DNA from: Leptospiraceae bacterium
GTDB lineage: Bacteria > Spirochaetota > Leptospiria > Leptospirales > Leptonemataceae
Assembly: GCA_025059995.1 (NCBI GenBank)
Contig: JANXCF010000005.1
Location: 124,006 to 188,005, forward strand
Reading direction: 5' to 3'
Length of the DNA stretch: 64,000 bases
Shown: positions 8,761 through 17,584 of the stretch, piece by piece
Numbering within the stretch: the stretch's first letter is position 1
Layout: every line of letters starts with the position of its first letter
Notes under the pieces: generated by a model
Database searches by the model: none
What the model was told of the DNA's origin: nothing
Seen by the model: the letters and a program-made list of their open reading frames with translations, nothing else
Translations under genes and position numbers: made by a program

Positions 8761-9696
8761 ATGAGTAAGAAATTTACATTACTTTTGGCTATCTCTTTTG
8801 TTTTTGTAGGAGCATTGTATTCCCAAAGTGCGTATTTAGGCTATGGTTTAGGGGTGCAATTTAACGTTGGCGATCTTGGTTCTACCATTACGAAAGATGG
8901 ATTGGATAACGCTATAGGTGATCAAAAAATCATCATTCCCGAGAACACAATTGATGTGTGGTCAAAAAGTGGCTTTGCTAAGGCAAAGATTAGTGGTGCC
9001 ATGCATGGTGGTATTTTGAATGTTTTCTATGAACGAGAATCTACTTCTACTTTCTGGAGAGTAGGTCTTGAATACACAAAAAAGATTTTAGGTGGAAAGA
9101 CCTCAGCGAGTATCTTAGGGATCTATCAAAATGTAAGTCAAAATTGGGATTTCGTAAGTTACTACATTCCCTTTATTTACGGTATCAAAGCGGGGGTGGG
9201 TGAAGCTTCTTCTGTCTATGGTGGTATTGGTATTAATTACCATCGTGGTGGATGGTCCTTGAGTGGAACTGTGGATGGAGCTACGCCTTGTTTTGTCGGC
9301 TTACAATTCGGAACTTACTTACTTTGTGGTTTCGGACCTTGGGGTGATGCCGAGTTAAGAACAGCAGTTGCATTTGCACGTCAACAAAATTTACCAACAT
9401 CGTCTATACTTAATACGGTTGATCAATCGAAGTTTTATCGAGGAGCTATTTTTGGTGAGAAGGTTGTTTTTGATGTTAATGGCGTAGGTTATAATTTAGT
9501 GATTGGTTTTGAAAATAGGCTCCAAAACAAAAGCAAATTCTACATCGAAATCGAATACTTTGTTGGTGGTGGAATGGATAATGCACCCGTGCAAGCTATT
9601 GGAACCATTTCTCAATTGGCTTCTACGGGAAACCTTTCTTATCCTGTGAATCTTAGCGGTATTCGTTGGAAATTAGGTCTCAAACAACCCCTCTAA
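8761..9696 (+). CDS. ompL1: OmpL1-family outer membrane porin
   Basis: Signal peptide; 'GLGVQFNVGDLGSTITKDGLD', 'GAMHGG', 'FWRVGLEYTKKILGG', 'YPVNLSGIRWKLG' match my recollection of Leptospira OmpL1. Confidence 0.85.
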   Translation: MSKKFTLLLAISFVFVGALYSQSAYLGYGLGVQFNVGDLGSTITKDGLDNAIGDQKIIIPENTIDVWSKSGFAKAKISGAMHGGILNVFYERESTSTFWRVGLEYTKKILGGKTSASILGIYQNVSQNWDFVSYYIPFIYGIKAGVGEASSVYGGIGINYHRGGWSLSGTVDGATPCFVGLQFGTYLLCGFGPWGDAELRTAVAFARQQNLPTSSILNTVDQSKFYRGAIFGEKVVFDVNGVGYNLVIGFENRLQNKSKFYIEIEYFVGGGMDNAPVQAIGTISQLASTGNLSYPVNLSGIRWKLGLKQPL

Positions 9697-9701
9697 AATT
9701 C

Positions 9702-9723
9702 CATCCCCCCAATTCGGGGGATG
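9702..9723 (+). terminator. hairpin after ompL1 (likely terminator, weak U-tail)
   Basis: CATCCCCC-caattc-GGGGGATG. Confidence 0.65.
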
Positions 9724-9869
9724 ATTCCTGTCCTTCAACATTCACTCAAAAAAATTTAATTTCATCATAATATAAGAATTCCCCATCCTAATATTGATTT
9801 AGTTTTCTAAATATAAACTCAAAATTGAATAACTATTGATTAAAAAAAATAACTAAATAGAATTGTTTT

Positions 9870-10343
9870 GTGTTAAAACAAATATACGGTGATTTCGTTC
9901 AGAGATTGATACACGAAATTCAGTCATATTACAAAGAAAATTTAGTATCAATAGTTCTGTTTGGTTCAGTAGCAAGAGGAGTGTTTCGTAATGACTCTGA
10001 TATTGACGTTCTTATTGTTTGTGAGGTTTTACCTCGAGGAGCTACAAAACGAATGGAAGAATTTTTATTGATTGAAGATCGCTTGGAGAATGAACTTCGT
10101 GATTTACGAAAAAAAGAAGTTTGGATTCAAATCTCACCTGTTTTGAAAACAAAAGAAGAAGTTCTTTTGGGAAGTCCCTTATTTTTGGATTTTGTTTTCG
10201 ATGCGAAAATCTTGTATGATAAAGAAAATTTTTTCAATCATTATATTTCCCAATTCAAACGAAAGCTCGAACAATCAGGAGCAAAACGAATCCAAAAAGA
10301 TATGCATTGGTACTGGATTTTAGATCCAAAATTGGATTTATGA
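9870..10343 (+). CDS. minimal nucleotidyltransferase (MNT) of an MNT-HEPN pair
   Basis: 'LFGSVARG..RNDSDIDVLIV' = GS-x10-DxD. Confidence 0.92.
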   Translation: MLKQIYGDFVQRLIHEIQSYYKENLVSIVLFGSVARGVFRNDSDIDVLIVCEVLPRGATKRMEEFLLIEDRLENELRDLRKKEVWIQISPVLKTKEEVLLGSPLFLDFVFDAKILYDKENFFNHYISQFKRKLEQSGAKRIQKDMHWYWILDPKLDL

Positions 10344-10753
10344 CATTTGAGGGCTTAGCCAAAAGTTATTTCGAAAAAGCTATGGTAAGGCTTGAGGTTT
10401 TATATTTTCTCAAGGAAAAAAAAGCCTTTTCGGACGTGGTTCGAGAAGCTCAAGAAGCTGTGGAGTTAGCGACAAAAGGAATGCTACGAATGAAAGGTAT
10501 TGAACCTCCAAAGTATCATGATGTAAGTTATTTAATTCTTGAACTCAGACAAACTTTTCATGAGCTACAAGATCACGAAATACACGAGTTGGTGCGAATT
10601 TCCAAACGATTACGGAAAGAACGAGAATTGGCGTTTTATGGTGATGTGGATTTTATCCCGACTATCGAATATAAAGAAAGTGATGCCTTGCAAGCCATTC
10701 AAGAAACTGAATTTGTTATCAATGTGGCAAAAAAGATATTTTCAATAGAATGA
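10340..10753 (+). CDS. HEPN domain protein
   Basis: 'VREAQEAVELATKGMLR', 'PPKYHD', 'RELAFYG'; ATGA start/stop overlap with MNT. Confidence 0.88.
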   Translation: MTFEGLAKSYFEKAMVRLEVLYFLKEKKAFSDVVREAQEAVELATKGMLRMKGIEPPKYHDVSYLILELRQTFHELQDHEIHELVRISKRLRKERELAFYGDVDFIPTIEYKESDALQAIQETEFVINVAKKIFSIE

Positions 10754-10776
10754 TCATTTAATATTTACTTCATACT

Positions 10777-11706
10777 TTATGTGTCATTCAAAATGTCTCG
10801 AACTTTCAACCATACATCTTTTGCTTCATCAAAAGGAATGAGATCCAGGATCATCCAATCATGCTGCATGTAAGGATATTCATAAAAATAAAAAGAAGGA
10901 TGTGGATTTTTAAAGAAGAACTCTTTTGCATCAGGAAAAAGAATATCGTGGGTTCCCATGAATAGATGAATTTCAGGAAGAAAATCATATGGATGGTATA
11001 GAGGGCTTACTTCGGGGTTTTTGGGATTGTTTTCACTGTATAGTTTTCCCGCCATCATCAGTCCGTTTCTCGTGAGTATGAAATCTTTTGATTCAATATT
11101 TTCTATTTTAGGATTTTCCATAGATAAATCAACCCAAGGGGAAAACAAAATGACTTTTTTGGGCATTTCATCTTTCGAAAGTTTTTGTAAAAGGACTAAA
11201 GCCAAATTCCCTCCCGCAGAATCACCTATAATGATGATGTCTTTTTCGTTCGTTTTTAGGTAATCATAAAAATTCTTACAGAATGCGATGATTTCTTTGT
11301 ATTTATAGTGAGGGACGGTAGGATAATCTGGTGCGTAAATGATTGCTGAAGAAATCTTCTGAAGTTTTTTTATCATGAGCCAATGAAAGAGATAAAAGCT
11401 TCGTAGAAAAGCACCCCCATGAAGAACAAGAATCAAGATCGAGATTTTCTCTTCTTTTTGAGGATTAAAAACAAATACATTTCTATTTTGAAAGGATTGA
11501 ACTTGATACGTCTTTTTTGAAAACATGAACTTTGGAGGTTTTGGGAATTCATATATTTCTTTGGAGATTTTTTTCGATTTTTGATAACTATTCATTGCTT
11601 TTTCAAAGGCAAATTTCTTTCGTTGGATCTTCAAGAGTAATTCCAGAAGTTTGCTCAAATATGATGGTGAATTTGGGTGTATATAGTAGTTAGGCGTTTC
11701 TTTCAT
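10777..11706 (-). CDS. alpha/beta hydrolase, HSL/family IV esterase
   Basis: HGG oxyanion motif, GDSAG nucleophile elbow, 'SPWVDL', late D and 'HDW'. Confidence 0.92.
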   Translation of the reverse strand: MKETPNYYIHPNSPSYLSKLLELLLKIQRKKFAFEKAMNSYQKSKKISKEIYEFPKPPKFMFSKKTYQVQSFQNRNVFVFNPQKEEKISILILVLHGGAFLRSFYLFHWLMIKKLQKISSAIIYAPDYPTVPHYKYKEIIAFCKNFYDYLKTNEKDIIIIGDSAGGNLALVLLQKLSKDEMPKKVILFSPWVDLSMENPKIENIESKDFILTRNGLMMAGKLYSENNPKNPEVSPLYHPYDFLPEIHLFMGTHDILFPDAKEFFFKNPHPSFYFYEYPYMQHDWMILDLIPFDEAKDVWLKVRDILNDT

Positions 11707-12712
11707 CTTGCATTAAGTAATTCTGAACGTAATCCATCACAGCTTCTCGTAAAGGGGTGATAGTCTCGTGATAACCAGAGGCTCGTAATTTCTCGATAGG
11801 TGCTTGCGTATAATACTGGTATGATTTTCTTAAATCCTCTGGCATTTCTATAAATTCAATGTTTTTTGGTATCTTCATAGCTTCAAAGATGGGTTCAACT
11901 AATTCCAACCATGTAGATGCTTTACCGCTTCCAATATTGAAAATCCCAGAAGCTGTTGGATTTTCCAAGATAAAAAACACTGTCATTTTAGCTGCATCTT
12001 TTACATAAAGAAAATCCCTCATTTGCTTGCCGTCTTCGAAGTCAGGATGATAACTCTTAAAGAGCTGAATCTTTCCCGTCATACGAATCTGTCGAAAACC
12101 TTTTAAAACCATAGATTGCATATTTCCCTTGTGATATTCATTAGGTCCGAAAACATTAAAATATTTGAGTCCAACAAACAGATTCGTATGTTCGAAAAAG
12201 CCATTTCTTTTTAACCACAAATCAAAAAGATGTTTCGAGTATCCATAAGGATTTAATGGTTGAAGTTTTTCTAGATCTTCGATGTTATCATCAAATCCCA
12301 TTTTTCCATCTCCATACGTAGCAGCACTTGATGCGTAAATCATTCGGATATTGTATTGGTATGCTTTGATGGCTAATTGCTTTGAGTATTCGTAATTATT
12401 TTTTATTAAGTACGAGGCGTCTTTTTCAGTAGTAGATGAACACGCACCTAAATGAAAAATGGCTTTAACATCTTGAAGAAATGAGTTATTTTCAATCATT
12501 TTTAAAAACTCTTCTTTTTCGTAGTAGTCAACAAATCTGAGGTTTCGTAGATTTTTCCATTTTTCTGATTTTCCTAAATGATCCACACAGATAATTTGCT
12601 CAATGCCATTTTGATTTAATTCACGAACGACCGCACTTCCAATAAAACCCGCAGCTCCTGTAACAATATAAAGTAATTTCTTTCGTTCCCTTTCCCTAAA
12701 GAAAAAATACAT
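11690..12712 (-). CDS. hldD: ADP-L-glycero-D-manno-heptose-6-epimerase
   Basis: 'VTGAAGFIGS', 'FHLGACSSTTE', 'YASSAATYG', 'PLNPYGYSK', 'YFNVFGPNEYHKG', 'YQYYTQA'; start uncertain. Confidence 0.93.
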   Translation of the reverse strand: MYFFFRERERKKLLYIVTGAAGFIGSAVVRELNQNGIEQIICVDHLGKSEKWKNLRNLRFVDYYEKEEFLKMIENNSFLQDVKAIFHLGACSSTTEKDASYLIKNNYEYSKQLAIKAYQYNIRMIYASSAATYGDGKMGFDDNIEDLEKLQPLNPYGYSKHLFDLWLKRNGFFEHTNLFVGLKYFNVFGPNEYHKGNMQSMVLKGFRQIRMTGKIQLFKSYHPDFEDGKQMRDFLYVKDAAKMTVFFILENPTASGIFNIGSGKASTWLELVEPIFEAMKIPKNIEFIEMPEDLRKSYQYYTQAPIEKLRASGYHETITPLREAVMDYVQNYLMQDERNA

Positions 12713-12863
12713 AAAAAACAAAATCCCATCAAAAGAGGTAGCGTCAAAATCTTTTATTATGATTTTTTAAAAATATCCCAAATGTTTATTTTCTAAAAAG
12801 TATTTGCTTATTGACTCCGTTTTTGTTATTTTGTTATCGAAAAATTTTCTTTGGTGTCGGGTG

Positions 12864-13268
12864 ATGATGACTTCTCTTATGAAGTATTTTTATCTTTGGC
12901 TTATGATCGTTTTTGTTCTAAGTTGTGCATCTACAAATGCGGGGATAGCCTCATCAAACATACCGATCAATCCAGCTGTGACTGAAATTCAATACATTAC
13001 AACAGATACAGTTCGGAAGGACTGGTGGGTATTTGATGTGGGTGTTTTCGGCTTGCCTTTGGAAGAACCTCCCATAGATGAAGCCCTCAAAGAATTACAA
13101 CAAAAACACGAAGGGGATGCTTTGATTAACATCAGGTATTATACCCAACGGTCTGTTTTTTTGATGTTATCAAAGAATTCTATTATCATAAAAGCCGATG
13201 TAGTAAAACTCATTCCCAAGACGACTCCGCCACCAGAACCCAAAGACACGCGGGAACGAAAGCGATAA
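12864..13268 (+). CDS. small lipoprotein (TRL/Bor-like), TonB-receptor associated
   Basis: Lipobox 'VFVLSC'; 'CASTNAGIASSNIP', 'GDALINIRYY'. Confidence 0.65.
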   Translation: MMTSLMKYFYLWLMIVFVLSCASTNAGIASSNIPINPAVTEIQYITTDTVRKDWWVFDVGVFGLPLEEPPIDEALKELQQKHEGDALINIRYYTQRSVFLMLSKNSIIIKADVVKLIPKTTPPPEPKDTRERKR

Positions 13269-13270
13269 CT

Positions 13271-13705
13271 ATGAGGAAGTTTTCGCTTTTATGGTTGGTT
13301 TCCTTTTCTTTTTGTGTTGAGACAGGTTATATCGATAGTATGTTGATTGTGCCAGAAGCATCGAATCTTTATCGGGATGATCTTTATGTGGTTTGTCCAA
13401 AAGAAATTCCTCGATCTCAAGAACAAGAAGAAACTTCATTTTCTATTGAATACGTACCTTTGCGAGATTACAAAGGAGGATGTGATGTTCAGGGGGAAGT
13501 GTCTCAGTTTTATTTATTTCATTTGATCCCAATATCGGGAAGTTTGGATCCAGAATATGCTCTGGGTACCATGGTCCAAAAATATGAAGGAGATACCATC
13601 ATCAATATTCGTGCATGGCATGAAAGTCATTATTATAACGTTTTAGGGCAGGTTCGCCTTTTAAAACTAAAAGGAACGGTCATTAAGTTTCAAATACCAC
13701 GATGA
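13271..13705 (+). CDS. small lipoprotein, paralogous to upstream gene
   Basis: Lipobox 'SFSFC'; shares 'EGD.IINIR' and C-terminal 'K..VIK' with 12864-13268. Confidence 0.65.
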   Translation: MRKFSLLWLVSFSFCVETGYIDSMLIVPEASNLYRDDLYVVCPKEIPRSQEQEETSFSIEYVPLRDYKGGCDVQGEVSQFYLFHLIPISGSLDPEYALGTMVQKYEGDTIINIRAWHESHYYNVLGQVRLLKLKGTVIKFQIPR

Positions 13706-13992
13706 GGGCTCCAAATTTGATTTTATTTGGAATTTTGGTTTTAAGTTCATATTGTGTAGTTGAGGATGCTTCCATAAATTTTGTGGATGCGTATATAGAA
13801 ATCCAAAAAGCAGTAGAATACAAACAGAAAGAATGTGGGAATCGTCCACCCAATGATTTTATCCCACCCCCAAATATTGACGAAGATAGCTTACGATTAT
13901 GTAGCTTATATATCTTGAGGTTGCCTTGTCCCTTTGATGAATATCCAATTTATTGTTATGATTTATACTGGAATGTTATATTTAAAGAATAA
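13702..13992 (+). CDS. small Cys-containing lipoprotein
   Basis: Lipobox 'LSSYC'; 4 further Cys; ATGA overlap with upstream gene. Confidence 0.6.
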   Translation: MRAPNLILFGILVLSSYCVVEDASINFVDAYIEIQKAVEYKQKECGNRPPNDFIPPPNIDEDSLRLCSLYILRLPCPFDEYPIYCYDLYWNVIFKE

Positions 13993-16462
13993 ATTAGCAT
14001 TTTTGTTGTTTTTGTTTTTGTTGATGGTTAAGAGTGTTTATGGTTTTGAAGTAACTATTCAGGTTTTTGATGCAAAGCGACAGCCTGTCTCTGATGCAAG
14101 GGTGATTATCGCCGAGACAAAAGAATTTAAATTCACTGACAAAGAAGGAAAGGCAGTTTTTGATATTCCTCAGCCTGGATTTTATCAAGTTCGAGTGGTA
14201 TTACCAGATGGAAATGTATTACAGCCTTCTGTTCAAGTATTAGGGAAAGGTCAGCTCATACCCCTTTACACTTCTGAGCCAAAACCAGAAAGAACTCCCA
14301 GAGAACAAATTGTTTCGGATCAAGGTGTGATTGTTGTAGGAAGAAGAGAACTTCCTCCCTCTTCTGTATATACTGTTCGATTAGATCAAATCAAACGACT
14401 TCCTGGTCAATTTGGAGAAGCCATCCGAGGGATTGAAAATTTGCCCGGAGTTGTGGCACCTCCTTTTGGTTCGGGTGAGGTAGCATTAAGGGGTTCTAAT
14501 CCCGATTCGAATTCTTTCTACGTTGATGATTTACCCATTGCTTTTGCTTATCACTTAGGAGGGTTGAGCTCTGTAATTCAAAATGAATTCATCCAAAGTA
14601 TAGACGTATATACGGGATCTTATCCTGCCAAATACGGAGATGCCACAGGGGGTGTGATTGCCATTTTTACTCCTGATGAGGTAGAACGAACCAATGGAGT
14701 TGCTTCCATTAGTGTTTGGGCTACGAATTTGCTTTTACAAGTTCCTTATCAAAATTCGAGTTATGTTGTTTTAGGAGGTAAGGTCTCGTATTTGGATCAG
14801 ACACTGCGTCCCCTTTTACCCAAAACCATAACGTTAGTGCCGAAGTATCAAGATTTACAAATCAAAATCAAACATCAATTGTCGAATACTCAGTCTCTAT
14901 TTTTTTATGTGATTGGCTCAAGAGATTCTTTTGTAGCAAGAATCAAAGAAAAACCATTTGAAAACCCTCTGAAAGAACCACCGCCAGATTTGATAGGACT
15001 GCGTGGAGCTGTTGATCGGGATTTCATAACAACTGCGATACGCCATCGCTTTCAGCCTTCATCGTTTTTTCAAAACGAGACAACTCTCATTTATTATACC
15101 CGTAGAGTCTATATTGATGCTTCGATTGGAAATATCAGTGCGAAATTTACAAGAACGGACGGCTATGGAGCTCTTAGAAACGAAACAAGATTGGGGTTGA
15201 TTGAGAATTTGTTAAACTTTGAATTTGGAGTAGAACTACGAAATCTTATCTATAACAATAAAGGAGAGTTTCCAAGGCCAAAAGATCCCTTAAATCCAAA
15301 TCCTGATCCCTATAAAATTGATCCTCCAGATTACGAAAAGGTACCCGTGAACGATTCTTTCTTCTCACCTTTTTCGGTGGCATATGGGATTTTAGTTTTT
15401 AAGAACCGTTGGTTGGAGTTTCGTCCGGGAATACGCTATGAATACTTTTCATTGAATAAACAAGCAGTTCTGGTGCCAAGGGGATCTTTTGCCATCAGAT
15501 TGACAGAAAACTTGAAGTTGATTGGAGGTGGTGGAATATATCATCGGGTGCCAAGTCCGAATGAATACTCACCCACATCTGGAAATCCCAATCTACGATT
15601 CGAAAAGGCTTCTCACACCTCAGGAGGGTTTGAGTACCAATGGAGAGATTGGCTTTTTCGAGTGGAAGGTTTCAAACAATATTATGATGATTTAGTTATC
15701 CAAGACCCCTACATTACGACTCCCATCAAGATCAATCAGGATCCTATCCGAAAATACGAAGAACCCATTTTGTTCAATGCTCCCCTTTATTTTTCGAACA
15801 GGGGTGATGGACGTTCCTATGGTGCTGAGGTGTTTATCCGATTTGATCCTCCACGCTCAAAAGGATTGTATGGCTGGCTTTCTTACACTCACAGTGTGTC
15901 GAAACGTCGTGATCATTTACGCAGACTAACAGAAGACGAGAAAAAACAAGTAATTAGTGCAAACGAGAGAAGACTATGGCAATATTACGATAATTCAAAA
16001 CTAATCTCTGCTGATTTCGATCGAAGACATCTTGTGAGATTAATCATAGGCTGGAAAATCAATCCTACTTATCAAATTGGCATACGCTGGCGATACCAAA
16101 CATCACCACCCTATACTGTAGTTGTAGGAGATGACGGCGGCAAAAACAAAAACAATGGTCGACCTTTATTCCAACCAAAACTTTCTGAAGAAACTAATAC
16201 TTTTCGTTCGAAACCCTATCATAGCTTAGATATTCGTTTTGATAAATTTGTTAATTATGAATGGGGTTATGGAAATATTTTCGTTGAACTCATTAATGTG
16301 TATTTACGTCAAAACATAGGTGGATTTGCTTTCAATCGAGCTTTGCCCTTTACTCCTATCAATCCAAGGCCAGCCCCTGAATTTGGAACTTTAGAAATCA
16401 CGCAAGGAAAACGAAAAATTCGAATTCCCTTATTCAACTTAGGTTTTGAGGTAAAGTTCTGA
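13973..16462 (+). CDS. TonB-dependent receptor with N-terminal carboxypeptidase-regulatory-like domain
   Basis: Signal peptide, plug motif 'LPGV...LRGS...FYVDDLP', 'YTGSYPAKYGDATGGVI', 'GNPNLRFEKA', C-terminal Phe; start could be 13934. Confidence 0.92.
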   Translation: MLYLKNKLAFLLFLFLLMVKSVYGFEVTIQVFDAKRQPVSDARVIIAETKEFKFTDKEGKAVFDIPQPGFYQVRVVLPDGNVLQPSVQVLGKGQLIPLYTSEPKPERTPREQIVSDQGVIVVGRRELPPSSVYTVRLDQIKRLPGQFGEAIRGIENLPGVVAPPFGSGEVALRGSNPDSNSFYVDDLPIAFAYHLGGLSSVIQNEFIQSIDVYTGSYPAKYGDATGGVIAIFTPDEVERTNGVASISVWATNLLLQVPYQNSSYVVLGGKVSYLDQTLRPLLPKTITLVPKYQDLQIKIKHQLSNTQSLFFYVIGSRDSFVARIKEKPFENPLKEPPPDLIGLRGAVDRDFITTAIRHRFQPSSFFQNETTLIYYTRRVYIDASIGNISAKFTRTDGYGALRNETRLGLIENLLNFEFGVELRNLIYNNKGEFPRPKDPLNPNPDPYKIDPPDYEKVPVNDSFFSPFSVAYGILVFKNRWLEFRPGIRYEYFSLNKQAVLVPRGSFAIRLTENLKLIGGGGIYHRVPSPNEYSPTSGNPNLRFEKASHTSGGFEYQWRDWLFRVEGFKQYYDDLVIQDPYITTPIKINQDPIRKYEEPILFNAPLYFSNRGDGRSYGAEVFIRFDPPRSKGLYGWLSYTHSVSKRRDHLRRLTEDEKKQVISANERRLWQYYDNSKLISADFDRRHLVRLIIGWKINPTYQIGIRWRYQTSPPYTVVVGDDGGKNKNNGRPLFQPKLSEETNTFRSKPYHSLDIRFDKFVNYEWGYGNIFVELINVYLRQNIGGFAFNRALPFTPINPRPAPEFGTLEITQGKRKIRIPLFNLGFEVKF

Positions 16463-16962
16463 TGAGAAAAATAGTAGTATTGATTATACTTTTCTTTTGG
16501 AGCTGTGAGCAGTCTCCAAAATACGAAGAAAAAGAGAACCTAAGAAATCTCTATGTGTTTGTCAATCTACTACCCACCGAAGAAAAACTCAAGGAAATTT
16601 GTATTGACTCCGAAAAACAAGCATTGAATTGTTCTGGTCTCAATCAATTTTCTTATTTTGGAATTATAAGTAAATTTTATAAAATTACTATAACTTCTTC
16701 ATCACCTGAGGTTTATTGTGATTCCTTGATACGTTCAGAAATTTTCGAAGAAGGAAAGTTCAGCTTAGATGCTAGAAGATGCCACTTTGATTGTAATCAG
16801 AAGTTCTGGCAGTCAAAAGAAAACTGTAGCTCTTCTGTTACTTTAGAAGAATATTCAAAGTGTTTACCGGGGATTTGGGCAGTCCAATGTGAAAATGTAA
16901 GCTTCAAACGTTGCTTACGTAATTGTTTCGAAAATGGAGATCCAATCTGGTTCATTCAGTGA
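16462..16962 (+). CDS. Cys-rich lipoprotein
   Basis: Lipobox 'FFWSC'; 10 further Cys; start overlaps the receptor stop. Confidence 0.65.
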   Translation: MRKIVVLIILFFWSCEQSPKYEEKENLRNLYVFVNLLPTEEKLKEICIDSEKQALNCSGLNQFSYFGIISKFYKITITSSSPEVYCDSLIRSEIFEEGKFSLDARRCHFDCNQKFWQSKENCSSSVTLEEYSKCLPGIWAVQCENVSFKRCLRNCFENGDPIWFIQ

Positions 16963-17497
16963 TATCTTTTGAGATGATTTCTTCGATTTCTTCTTCTCTA
17001 AACCCCAAATATAGAAGTTTGTTGTAAATTTTTTGTTTTCTTTTGGTAGGTGGTATGTTTGATAAACTTTTCTGAAGGGACTTCAAGACCTGAAGGGCTT
17101 TGTTTTTCCAAAACTCAGATGGAATATTTGCTAATTCTTCTTGTATATGTTCCTCATGGTAGCCTTCTTGAAGAAGCAGAAATTTAATTTTATGATAACC
17201 CAAGTGGTTTTCCAAGTGAAGTTGCATTCGTAATTTTAAACTTGTTTTATAATTCCAAAGATTTTGATTTTCTAAATATTTCAAAAAGTCTTGAAAATCA
17301 AAGGACAAGTTCTTTTGTTCATTTAGGTCCATTTTCCTAAGTTTTTTCAATATCGATGAGGGTGGAGTAGATGGCGAAATTTTCGATAACTTTGACACCA
17401 CATATTGATAAAAATCCTGATTTTGAAATCGCTTAAAATCAAAATGATAAACATTTTTTTCTTTTCTCAAAAATGAATATAAATCATCTTTTGGCAT
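16952..17497 (-). CDS. recX: RecX family regulator
   Basis: 'LKYLENQNLWN', 'GYHKIKFLLLQEG', 'KIYNKLLYLGFREEEI' three-helix repeat pattern; divergent. Confidence 0.7.
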   Translation of the reverse strand: MPKDDLYSFLRKEKNVYHFDFKRFQNQDFYQYVVSKLSKISPSTPPSSILKKLRKMDLNEQKNLSFDFQDFLKYLENQNLWNYKTSLKLRMQLHLENHLGYHKIKFLLLQEGYHEEHIQEELANIPSEFWKNKALQVLKSLQKSLSNIPPTKRKQKIYNKLLYLGFREEEIEEIISKDITE

Positions 17498-17584
17498 CGA
17501 ATCATAAAAAAATTAAATTGAAAGTTAAGTATATCAAAATTTGATTCCTTGTTGCAACGAAAAAATTATGAAAATCCTTGGCTT

